Of a DNA stretch of 64,000 bases, positions 47,756-57,284 are shown in pieces (positions within the stretch are counted from its first letter, which is position 1; each line of letters begins with the position of its first letter). A model generated the notes under the pieces. That model was given only the letters and a program-made list of their open reading frames with translations. It was not told the origin of the DNA and ran no database searches. This DNA is from Methanobacteriota archaeon (GTDB lineage Archaea > Thermoplasmatota > Thermoplasmata > SG8-5 > JAGLSY01). The stretch lies in contig JAEHCO010000002.1 of NCBI GenBank assembly GCA_020697715.1, forward strand, positions 224,001 to 288,000. Reading direction: 5' to 3'. The translations under genes were made by a program, and so were the position numbers.

Positions 47756-48157
47756 CTATTTCAATGCTTTATGCATCTTGACAATGGATTCAACAGCTGA
47801 CTTCGCTCTCTCTATCCTTGCCTCTGCCTGAAGCCTTGACATTCCTGGTCCGGTAATTCCCAGACCAACCGGCTTATTAAATTCCAATGATAGATCAGTT
47901 AATTTCCTGCTGGCTTGATTGATCACGACATCATCATGATCTGTCTCGCCCTCTATCACGGCTCCGAGAGCGGCCACACCATCTATGTCCTTCTTTGCAA
48001 GCAATCTCTTGACCGCCAGGGGCATATCATAGACCCCTGGGACGTGGATGATCTCTCCTACCTTCGCGCCAAGGAAGTCCGCATGGGCCTTGGCCCTTTC
48101 CAGCATACTCATGGTTATGTCGTAATTGAATTCCGATACCACAATTCCTATTTTCAT
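47756..48157 (-). CDS. ribH: 6,7-dimethyl-8-ribityllumazine synthase
   Basis: IGIVVSEFNYDIT, VPGVYDMPL, LGAVIEGETDHD, KPVGLGITGPG. Confidence 0.92.
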   Translation of the reverse strand: MKIGIVVSEFNYDITMSMLERAKAHADFLGAKVGEIIHVPGVYDMPLAVKRLLAKKDIDGVAALGAVIEGETDHDDVVINQASRKLTDLSLEFNKPVGLGITGPGMSRLQAEARIERAKSAVESIVKMHKALK

Positions 48158-48265
48158 TTTTTACTCCTCCTTTACTTTTTATTATTCTTTGAATTTAATA
48201 TTATTGATTTAATAATCATATTATAATATTTTAAATTATATTTATTATATTATATATTGGCTGCA

Positions 48266-49208
<943 letters not shown>

Positions 49209-49221
<13 letters not shown>

Positions 49222-49928
49222 ATTTTCCATTCCTCAATTATCTGTTTGCCGTCCAGATAGATGAAGCCCCTGTCTTTGGCATATTTCATCGCATCCGGGC
49301 GCTGAAGGGCATTCCCATCATTCCCCATCATCTCACAGATGGTGGCAGATGGTGATATTCCTCCCATCTGGCAAAGAGCTGTGGCCAATTCCGTGTGGCC
49401 TTTTCTATTGTCCAGTAGGCCTTTGGCCGCCCTCAGCAGATGCAAGTGGCCAGGAGTTCTGAACCTGCTGGTGAACTCCTCCACACCACTTCCTGTAACA
49501 AAACCATCATCGTCTATAAGCTTTACTAGTTTTCCAAATTCGGATGCGGTCATAGACCTGTCCTTGTCGGTTATGCCAGTGTAGTTATCTTTATGATTGA
49601 TAGTTAATGAAAAAGCTGATTTCGTATCATAGGGAAGATGATCTGGTATCATTTTTTCCAGAAGTGGCATCTCGGCCTTTGCTCCTCTGAGAACATCTAC
49701 CATGAATGGAAGTCCCATCTTGTCTGCAATTTCATCTGTAACTGTGGAGCATATCAGTCCTCCGCCGTCCTTTCTCAGCAGCATGATGTCATCTGGTTTC
49801 ATAAATTCAGATACCATGACGATGTCGGTCTCTTCCTCTCGGCCATCTGCATCGTAGATGAAGACTGGCTTACCCTTCTTCAGGTCTTCGATCGCCAATA
49901 CTATATCATTATCCTTGATTGATGTCAT
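49209..49928 (-). CDS. ribB: 3,4-dihydroxy-2-butanone-4-phosphate synthase
   Basis: YDADGREEETD, GGGLIC, TGITDKDR, FRTPGH, RKGHTE, ICEM motifs. Confidence 0.92.
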
Positions 49929-50083
49929 TGATGGTGACCAGACACAAATATATATTAAGCTATTTGTATATACTAATTTTTTGGTAAGTAATAGAATATT
50001 GGTGTTGCATCATGTCAAGATCTCAACCAATAAACCTTTATATTGCTTGATTATTTTTGAATTCAAGAGATAGAGGAAGGTAT

Positions 50084-50767
50084 ATGGGATTATTTGACTT
50101 CATGATGGATACTATTCTGGAGCTTGCCCAGAAGCAGTTCCGACCATTTTTATTGTTCTTATCTATGATATCATTGCTCAGTCTGCCATTTATGGCCTGT
50201 ATTATTGCACCTTCTTCGATCACACATGATCATGATCTGATCGATCAAGAATATGGGAAATTCATGGAGATCGATGATATATTTCTCAAGCCCATCTCTA
50301 TAACAGAGAATTCAAGTTATCAGATCATCCATTTTTCCAATGATACAACAGATGTATTTGAGAATCATACGCGTGCTCAAATATACGATCTGGTGATGTC
50401 CGATCAAGGCATCAGTTTCTCCATGATAACTCGTGAATTGAAGATGGCCAATGGTGTTGTACAGTATCATTTGCAGACCCTGGAGAGACTTGGCCTGATA
50501 AAGTCAGTACGCGTGGGAAAATTCACAAGATATTATCTATCTGGCACGGAAGATAATGGGCTTACATTGACCCAAGAAAAGATACTCAGCGAAATACAGA
50601 ATAATGGTGAGATCACACAATCCGAGATCGGCTCCAATCTAGGTATCAGTCGCCAGGTCGTTAATTATAATGTCAAACAACTGCTCGATTCAAATATCAT
50701 TCAGAAGAATGAAAATGATCCCACTTCCAATCGTTGCACTTATCTTGTCTCTTATAATTACAGATAA
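50084..50767 (+). CDS. Double winged-helix transcriptional regulator with an N-terminal hydrophobic segment
   Basis: 'NHTRAQIYDLV...GISFS..REL..ANGVVQYHL..LE' and 'ITQSEIGSNLGISRQVVNYNVKQL' wHTH repeats. Confidence 0.78.
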   Translation: MGLFDFMMDTILELAQKQFRPFLLFLSMISLLSLPFMACIIAPSSITHDHDLIDQEYGKFMEIDDIFLKPISITENSSYQIIHFSNDTTDVFENHTRAQIYDLVMSDQGISFSMITRELKMANGVVQYHLQTLERLGLIKSVRVGKFTRYYLSGTEDNGLTLTQEKILSEIQNNGEITQSEIGSNLGISRQVVNYNVKQLLDSNIIQKNENDPTSNRCTYLVSYNYR

Positions 50768-50883
50768 TGGCCATTGGCTATATCAATTTGATAGCGGTCT
50801 AGATAATTATCCTGGTATCAATAATGGTCTGTAAAACTTCAAACCAAACAGTATTTGTATATTCATCCGCATTATGATATCAC

Positions 50884-51576
50884 ATGGTGGATCTCTTCCT
50901 GTGGCCAACACTTCTGTGCCTTCTGATACCTATTGGCTATTCATTTCTTAATGACAAAAAGTGTATCAAAGAGATACTCCTGATATCCTTTATCCTTCTT
51001 GTCATCGTCATACTATATTGGCCCTTCATGGTATTTTTTGAGAATATTCCATATGTCGGTTACCTGTTGGGTAAATTATTATTGTTTGTGATATTTCCAT
51101 TTATTATGTTTTATTTGTATATTAAATATATAAATAAAAAAATAAATATTGGCCAGACTCTGAGCGAGTTTGGTGTGCAGAGAGCAGGAATCAAAGATAG
51201 CATGCAATATTTTCTAATTCTCCTCCCCATCATGCTCTTCGCAAACTTCATTGTCGGAATGGGTCCAGATTCCCCAGTTCAATCATGGTACTCAGGCATG
51301 ATGTTCATGGAGTCCTTCACAGAAGAATTCTTTTTCAGAGGAATTCTTTTTCTGTACCTCTGGAAATTACTGGACATAAGAATAGCCTATGCGACTTCCA
51401 TCATAGGCTTTGTATTGCTCCATCCACAATATTTCTTCGAGATCGGCATGCTGGCAGGCCTGGTCCAGGGAGTATTGACATGTATAATATCACACAAGTC
51501 AAAGAACATAGTAGGTGCATGGTTCCTGCATGGAGCCAATAGAGTGTTCTCGCTAAGCATAATGCCATTGTTTTAG
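50884..51576 (+). CDS. CPBP (CAAX/Abi) family intramembrane metalloprotease
   Basis: TEEFFFRG, F..LH and H..N motifs; multiple TM helices. Confidence 0.85.
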   Translation: MVDLFLWPTLLCLLIPIGYSFLNDKKCIKEILLISFILLVIVILYWPFMVFFENIPYVGYLLGKLLLFVIFPFIMFYLYIKYINKKINIGQTLSEFGVQRAGIKDSMQYFLILLPIMLFANFIVGMGPDSPVQSWYSGMMFMESFTEEFFFRGILFLYLWKLLDIRIAYATSIIGFVLLHPQYFFEIGMLAGLVQGVLTCIISHKSKNIVGAWFLHGANRVFSLSIMPLF

Positions 51577-51628
51577 GGTTTGACAATTAGTCAGAAGCCT
51601 TAAATAATCCCGCCTTGTATTGTATATC

Positions 51629-52156
51629 ATGGACTGGCTCAGTCACTATATGTTAGGTTTTCTACTTGGTAGAAGGCTTTCATTGGACAATGACAGTATG
51701 CAGGCCTTGACACTTGGGGCTTTGATGCTTGACATGGACATTGTGAAATACCTCGTTCCTGATTCTTCATTGCCAGTTCATGGAACTCTAAGTCATACAT
51801 TATTGGGCGCAATTATCTTCACCATTGCTGCGTCCATTGTCTTCCTGGTGATGAAAAAGAAGTTTATGGGACACTGGGTGGCCATTGGGATCTTGATGCA
51901 CCTGGGTCTTGATATGGTCAATACAATATCAATTTATGACAGTGGAAAGGAATTGCTATATCCGGTACGAGATACCACTTACACACTGGAGCCATATTTT
52001 CCTTATCCTGTCATTTCCTGGGCAATAATGGCTGCGTCCATATTCGCCTTCAGCTTCACGATGTTCATTAAATACGCGAAGGAAGGAGATGCACCATGGC
52101 GTGTTTGGTTCGATGATAGGCCTATAAGAAAGAAAATAAGAGAATCCAGGCAATGA
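51629..52156 (+). CDS. Membrane-bound metal-dependent hydrolase (YdjM-like)
   Basis: MDWLSH, GALMLDMD, HGTLSHTL, HLGLD and G..LLYP motifs. Confidence 0.78.
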   Translation: MDWLSHYMLGFLLGRRLSLDNDSMQALTLGALMLDMDIVKYLVPDSSLPVHGTLSHTLLGAIIFTIAASIVFLVMKKKFMGHWVAIGILMHLGLDMVNTISIYDSGKELLYPVRDTTYTLEPYFPYPVISWAIMAASIFAFSFTMFIKYAKEGDAPWRVWFDDRPIRKKIRESRQ

Positions 52157-52157
52157 T

Positions 52158-53051
52158 TCAATCTTGATCATGATCACAATCATCATCACTATCATGGTCA
52201 TCAACAGGATCATTGTCATCTTCATCATCTTTGATATCATTCATTATCTTCTTCCAGGCCTCTTTTTGCCTTTCGGAGATGTGCTTCGATTCCTCCACTA
52301 TATTGTTTAGGATATTCTCAAGTATATTCGGGTCCTTGAGTGATATAGCGATGTTCTCTCCGATCTTCCTGTCTTTTGATGCGATCTCCTTCCAGTGTTT
52401 ATATCCAACACTGTTCTCGATATCGCCAATCTCTAGGAAACTTCCATGTTCAAAGAATTCACCCTTTCTGAGCCTGATGGAAGCTATTGTTCCCACAATG
52501 GAGCCCGCCAGTGTATCGAAGAGGAGATCCACCATGGTATCCTGTAGACCATGCTGAAGGCTCGTTCCCAGGAAAATATCTGTACCCCACTCAAGGAACT
52601 CCCAGACCACCCCCATGCTCATTGTGAAAAATATGGCTACCAATCCGAAGCCCAGTGGTGGTAATGAGATCAACTTGGTATGAAAGTTCATGATGTACAG
52701 AGTTGTGACCGCGATCAGGGAGATGGTAGCTGACGATATGAAATGTGTGACATGATCATAACCACCTATGTAGGTGTAAAAATCAACATATCCTCCGATG
52801 ACGTGAAGGGATATGGACGCCGTGATAGCCAGGTCGAATATCAATGGCAGTGTCACATCGTAATCTCTTTTCATAATGGTGGGTAAGGAGGTGATGTAGA
52901 TGGAGAATAGAGTTCCGATGAACCATGTGAACTCTCCCCTAAAGAAAGTAAAAATGGCCATCACTACAAGTAGGCCTTTTAAGCCATAGCTAAGGTAGAA
53001 TTCGAAATTGTATTCTCTGCTGATCTTTATTTTATTGGCCAGTGAACTCAC
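52158..53051 (-). CDS. Membrane protein (DUF2238/YjdF-like) with an Asp/His-rich tail
   Basis: 'LHVIG...Y.....YDHVTHF...WEFLEW...DTMVDL' motif series; about 6 TM helices. Confidence 0.65.
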   Translation of the reverse strand: MSSLANKIKISREYNFEFYLSYGLKGLLVVMAIFTFFRGEFTWFIGTLFSIYITSLPTIMKRDYDVTLPLIFDLAITASISLHVIGGYVDFYTYIGGYDHVTHFISSATISLIAVTTLYIMNFHTKLISLPPLGFGLVAIFFTMSMGVVWEFLEWGTDIFLGTSLQHGLQDTMVDLLFDTLAGSIVGTIASIRLRKGEFFEHGSFLEIGDIENSVGYKHWKEIASKDRKIGENIAISLKDPNILENILNNIVEESKHISERQKEAWKKIMNDIKDDEDDNDPVDDHDSDDDCDHDQD

Positions 53052-53101
53052 CTAATATATGATATGACCTCTATGAATAAAATACTTCTGAGAAGATATC
53101 A

Positions 53102-53464
53102 CTAGTTCTCAATGGCCTTTAAAAGTTCGTCCCTTGTTGGTATGCCCTCCAGCTTATGCTTCCCTATCTTCACTGTGGGAATGGTCTTGACATTATCAAG
53201 CAGGGCGTTGATAGCTGGCTTGTTCTGCATTATGTCCAGTATCCTTATTTCGATGTCTTCGATATGGGCATTTGCTTCTGCCAGTTCTTTGATGAGCTGG
53301 ATAACCTTACCGCTTCTCTTGTCAAAATCATTTGTGTATAATAAGAACCCATCCTCCGCGGCCCACATCCCGCCATGGCAGGCATATCTTTCCCATTTCC
53401 CCCTGCGCTCCATCTTCCTGCCTGTATAGACCTTTATCCTTTTTGCATATATCTTTATCAACAT
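53102..53464 (-). CDS. Hypothetical protein with a thioredoxin-like C-terminal half
   Basis: 'VKTIPTVKIG...LEGIPTRDELLKAI' resembles a Trx/glutaredoxin C-terminus; no CxxC. Confidence 0.55.
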   Translation of the reverse strand: MLIKIYAKRIKVYTGRKMERRGKWERYACHGGMWAAEDGFLLYTNDFDKRSGKVIQLIKELAEANAHIEDIEIRILDIMQNKPAINALLDNVKTIPTVKIGKHKLEGIPTRDELLKAIEN

Positions 53465-53595
53465 GAACTAGTCTCCCACAACTATAAATGAATATATTGT
53501 AAATTCAATTATATAAGGAAATTGGTACAGTGTTTTGTAATAGCGAATTCTCAGTATACGATCGAGCGAGCAGGCTAATTTGATTTTTACGAGAA

Positions 53596-54639
53596 TCAAA
53601 TATGATCGTAGATATTCGCATTGGCCCCACCATGGCCAATGTCTGTTTCTATCTGCTTTAATAACAATATTCTTTTGAATGTAGATGGGTGGGTGGACAT
53701 GAACTCCATCCTGGCGCGCCCACTCTTTGCTTGTTCTTCCATGGCCTTCTGAAGTTCCCTGTCATCCAGAACTCCATCACCATCCAGATCATACTTGTTC
53801 TTGTTCTGCATGATACTGGCGATCTCTCTTTTCGCACTGACCGGATCTCCGATATAAAAGGCTCTGGCGGCTCCTGGTTTTTCATTTGACAATGAAAGTC
53901 CGAAAGTTATCTTGGCAAGTGCCGAGCTGAGGCTGTGCGGGTCGCCCGTGGCTACCGCGGAATAGGAATCCGCGTAGAACTCTCTCTGCCTTGAAAGTTT
54001 CAAAATAAGTAGCTGTGATATGAAATATACCGCATAGCTGATGATCGCGATAATGATGATCGCTCCAGCATCCCTGTTGCGCCTTCCTCCCCAGAGGAAG
54101 CTTCTGGCCAGCATCCAGGCCAGCATGGGTATCGCACTGACGACCGTCATGACAACGACGTCATTGTGTCTAAGATGGCCGATCTCATGCGCGAGCACAC
54201 CCTTGACCTCTCTCTGGTTCAGCTTTTCCAGAAGCCCGGTGTGAACTGCCAGAGTTGAACTCTTCCTTGACCTTCCGAACACGAAAGCATTGGGTGTTGG
54301 ATCATTGGAAATAGCTAGTTTCGGCATTGGAATGTCCGCTTGCTTTGCCAATTGACTAACTTCTTGCTCAAGCCAGGGATTTTCACCGGGTTTTAGATAC
54401 TGAAGACGCGATCCCCATCGTATTATACCCGGGGATATCGCCCATTGTATGAGCATGAATATGCCGACAAAGAAGAATATCAAAATAAGCTGGCCGATAA
54501 TATTGACGGTTCCATTGTAATACCACATGATGAATTCGAATATCAGCATGATGAACACGAACAGAAGTCCGAATATCATGATGAGGGTGAGAGCCATGCT
54601 CCTTTTGAGTGCGCCAAGTGAGGCCATTGTGTCCGGCAT
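53596..54639 (-). CDS. htpX: Zinc metalloprotease HtpX (M48) with an EF-hand-like insertion
   Basis: PNAF, HTGLL, GVLAHEIGH (HExxH), SRQREFYAD and STHP motifs; DLDGDGVLDDRE loop. Confidence 0.9.
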   Translation of the reverse strand: MPDTMASLGALKRSMALTLIMIFGLLFVFIMLIFEFIMWYYNGTVNIIGQLILIFFFVGIFMLIQWAISPGIIRWGSRLQYLKPGENPWLEQEVSQLAKQADIPMPKLAISNDPTPNAFVFGRSRKSSTLAVHTGLLEKLNQREVKGVLAHEIGHLRHNDVVVMTVVSAIPMLAWMLARSFLWGGRRNRDAGAIIIIAIISYAVYFISQLLILKLSRQREFYADSYSAVATGDPHSLSSALAKITFGLSLSNEKPGAARAFYIGDPVSAKREIASIMQNKNKYDLDGDGVLDDRELQKAMEEQAKSGRARMEFMSTHPSTFKRILLLKQIETDIGHGGANANIYDHI

Positions 54640-54740
54640 GATAATTTCAAGATATAAGGATATCGGCGGAAAATATACACAATCCAATCAAACATTATAT
54701 AAACATCTTGATTTTACAGGGTTTACCCAAAGAACACCAT

Positions 54741-54824
54741 GCGGGGATAGCCAAGCCTGGTCAACGGCGCTAGATTCAGGGTCTAGTTCTTAGTGATTCG
54801 CCGGTTCGAATCCGGTTCCCCGCA
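54741..54824 (+). tRNA. tRNA-Leu(CAG)
   Basis: Acceptor GCGGGGA/TCCCCGC+A; anticodon arm CTAGA-ttcaggg-TCTAG; long variable arm; T arm GCCGG-TTCGAAT-CCGGT; 84 nt. Confidence 0.95.
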
Positions 54825-54924
54825 TTTTTCATTATAGGATTCGAACGAAGTTCGATCGAGAATTTATTCATAAATTCGAGAGAGCACCGCAACGAAGTGT
54901 AGGTGCGAAATCCGGTTCCCCGCA
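54825..54924 (+). mobile_element. tRNA-Leu array unit 1 (100 bp, same type as the tRNA-Arg element)
   Basis: Core starts ATAGGATTCGAAC-gaa-GTTCGA; hairpins GAATTTAT/ATAAATTC and GCACC/GGTGC; ends with AATCCGGTTCCCCGCA (= 54809-54824). Confidence 0.65.
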
Positions 54925-55082
54925 CCTTGTTTTATAGGATTCGATAGTAGTAGTCGGTTGCCGTAAACCCACCATTTTCATTCAGCTAAACTCGAAGCCA
55001 GACGTATGCTTCGAGAATTTGGGTTTATGGCCTACGATGGGAACATCATGCCAGGGGCATATCGTTCACACGGTTCCCCGCA
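54925..55082 (+). mobile_element. tRNA-Leu array unit 2 (158 bp, structured)
   Basis: Core starts ATAGGATTCGA at 54934; ends CGGTTCCCCGCA at 55071-55082; homologous to unit 3. Confidence 0.65.
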
Positions 55083-55310
55083 TTTTTCATTTTTAGATGC
55101 GACTTCACCCATAGAACCCACGCATCTATTTTATCAAACTCATTTATGTGTTTGATTCGATAGGATTCGAAAGTAGTAAACGGTTGCCGTATGCTCATCG
55201 AAAAATATTCATCTGAACTCGAAGCAAGACGTAAGCTTCGAGATTTTGAGCATATGGTCTACGGATGTGAACATCATGCCAAAGGCATATCGTTCACACG
55301 GTTCCCCGCA
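55083..55310 (+). mobile_element. tRNA-Leu array unit 3 (228 bp; core 55160-55310 homologous to unit 2)
   Basis: Core starts ATAGGATTCGA at 55160; ends CGGTTCCCCGCA at 55299-55310, followed by CCA; two extra hairpins in 55093-55157. Confidence 0.65.
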
Positions 55311-55413
55311 CCATTTTCTCTATTTTCTAACATCATAGAGGCGGAGAGTTTAGACGAAAGTGATATAAGCAATACTTTCGATTTACTTAGGCAAGCGGAG
55401 GAGTGGCTGAATA

Positions 55414-55857
55414 ATGGATAAAAAAGGTAAGACGGTTCTATTTGCCAGTATCTTACTAATTATCATAATTATCATTGCTGTTTTTATTTCGATTACTGTT
55501 TATCAAGACACAGATGATATATTATTAACAGTATCAAAAACTTCTGCGGGGACACATTCTGTAGATCTAACGGTTTCAGGCATCAGACCAAATGGTACAG
55601 ACTCGGTATCATTAGATGATGTTGTAGCCTGGCTCTATTATAATGAATCTCAAACAATGATAAAATTGAATGAGGTTTCCCATTTTAAAGACGATTATGT
55701 CAACTTCACCTACATCGATATTAATGATAGCCAGACTATTGATGTTGGAGATGTATTCTCTATAGAATATCTCAAAGCAGGAGAATTAGGTGTTGATATT
55801 GTAAAAGAAGACATTGCTATCCTTACCTTTATAGAGTATTATTCAACCACTCCGTAG
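55414..55857 (+). CDS. Small membrane-anchored exported protein (possibly pilin-like)
   Basis: MDKKG followed by a long hydrophobic helix; beta-rich body with DINDSQTIDVGD; GGAGGAGTG upstream. Confidence 0.6.
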   Translation: MDKKGKTVLFASILLIIIIIIAVFISITVYQDTDDILLTVSKTSAGTHSVDLTVSGIRPNGTDSVSLDDVVAWLYYNESQTMIKLNEVSHFKDDYVNFTYIDINDSQTIDVGDVFSIEYLKAGELGVDIVKEDIAILTFIEYYSTTP

Positions 55858-55920
55858 CGTTGTCTTTCTGAGGAGTGAGAACGCTTTTCGACGAGTAATA
55901 AAAATAGGCTCCTGCCAGAG

Positions 55921-56850
55921 TTAATTAAAGATCTTCTTGATCATCCACTGAGCGTCGAACTTTTCCAGGTCATCATATTCCTGTCCAGTTCCTACAAAGA
56001 TAATGGGCTTTCCAACTGCATGTGCAATTGACAATGCGGCTCCGCCCTTTGCATCTGCATCGATCTTGGTAAGTATGGCCGCATCCAATCCAATGGCATC
56101 TTCGAACTTCTTGGCTTGCTCCACTGCATCATTTCCTGCAAGCGAGTCACCAACGAATATCACCATGTCTGGATTAACAACTCTGTTAATTTTCTTCATC
56201 TCATCCATCAAGTTGGAGTTCGTCTGCATCCTGCCAGCAGTGTCTATGAGAACAACATCCTTGAATCTCGCTCTGGCATGCTCCACTGCATCGAATGCCA
56301 CCGCGGCCGGGTCTCCGCCCGCCTGGTGTTTTATTATCTTGAATCCGAGGTTCTCGGAATGAATTGTCAATTGTTCTATGGCTCCAGCTCTGAATGTGTC
56401 GCCCGCTGCCAATACGCAGGACTTGCCCTGCTTCTTCAATCGATGGCCTATCCTCGCAATAGAAGTTGTCTTGCCAGTCCCGTTCACTCCAACGAACATC
56501 AGTGTAACTGGTTTTTCATGGCTGTTGATGAACTCATCAAAATCAATGGCCTCTGTGTCCAGTATCTTGGTAAGCGAGACCTTCAGGCTTTCATTGATAG
56601 ACTTTTCAAAATCAGATCCTCTCTTCACTCGCTTATTGATGAGATCTGCCTTTAAATTCTCCTTGAGCTCTTCTATGACCTCGATCGCGACATCTGATTC
56701 TAGAAGTCCCACTTCTAGATCCCATAAAATGTCATCCAGCTTGCTTTCTTTTATGCGCTTTCCGTCATCTTCCGATATAGCTTCTGCTGAGAATTCTTCC
56801 TTGGTCTGCTTTTTGAACCCATCCAGCTTGTCTTTGAGGAATTTGAACAT
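55921..56850 (-). CDS. ftsY: Signal recognition particle receptor FtsY
   Basis: GVNGTGKTT, DTFRAGAIEQL, DTAGR, TKIDADAKGG and GTGQ motifs. Confidence 0.95.
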   Translation of the reverse strand: MFKFLKDKLDGFKKQTKEEFSAEAISEDDGKRIKESKLDDILWDLEVGLLESDVAIEVIEELKENLKADLINKRVKRGSDFEKSINESLKVSLTKILDTEAIDFDEFINSHEKPVTLMFVGVNGTGKTTSIARIGHRLKKQGKSCVLAAGDTFRAGAIEQLTIHSENLGFKIIKHQAGGDPAAVAFDAVEHARARFKDVVLIDTAGRMQTNSNLMDEMKKINRVVNPDMVIFVGDSLAGNDAVEQAKKFEDAIGLDAAILTKIDADAKGGAALSIAHAVGKPIIFVGTGQEYDDLEKFDAQWMIKKIFN

Positions 56851-56864
56851 GGCAAATACCGGGC

Positions 56865-57284
56865 TTACTGTATATTGCCCTTGGCATACTCTTCTTGAAG
56901 CTTATTGGTAAGCTCCGTGGACTTTGCATCAAGGTTCTGCATTGACTGGGCCATCTTGGTTCCTGCATCACTGAGCTCGGCGATCCTCTTGTCCAGTCTC
57001 TCGACTGCTTTTTCCGTGCTCTCCTCTGCGGCCAGGTTCATTCCCAGGCTGCCTATGGCTTTATCTGGCTTATCCACCTTGGCGAAGATAAAATAATTGC
57101 CGCCAATTGGAACCAGTATCTCGTCATCCGGTGACCTTTTTGAGAGGTCCAAAAGTGTATCCCTGGCTCTCATGTACTCGTCATTCAGGTTCTTCAGGAG
57201 CTCGTTCTGTTGTTTCATCTGCTCCATCTGACCCCTGTAGGCTTCTAGCTGAGCACTGGCCTGCTGGATCTCTTCTTCGTTCAT
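56865..57284 (-). CDS. pfdA: Prefoldin subunit alpha
   Basis: Coiled coil - 'EILVPIGG..F..A....DK....LG' hairpin - coiled coil; sits between rpl18a and ftsY as is typical in archaea. Confidence 0.9.
   Translation of the reverse strand: MNEEEIQQASAQLEAYRGQMEQMKQQNELLKNLNDEYMRARDTLLDLSKRSPDDEILVPIGGNYFIFAKVDKPDKAIGSLGMNLAAEESTEKAVERLDKRIAELSDAGTKMAQSMQNLDAKSTELTNKLQEEYAKGNIQ

Noticed and set aside
48158-48265. Extremely AT-rich gap between ribC and ribH (possible FMN riboswitch or origin)
   Set aside because: No riboswitch consensus or ORB-like repeats; at most an internal promoter.
54813-55310. CRISPR array (repeat-spacer appearance)
   Set aside because: The repeats are 12-16 bp tRNA ends, the intervals are 100-228 bp and homologous to each other, and no cas genes are present.
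55191-55421. 76-aa ORF
   Set aside because: It overlaps structured unit 3 and the tRNA-end copy; the homologous unit 2 lacks the start codon and has indels relative to it.
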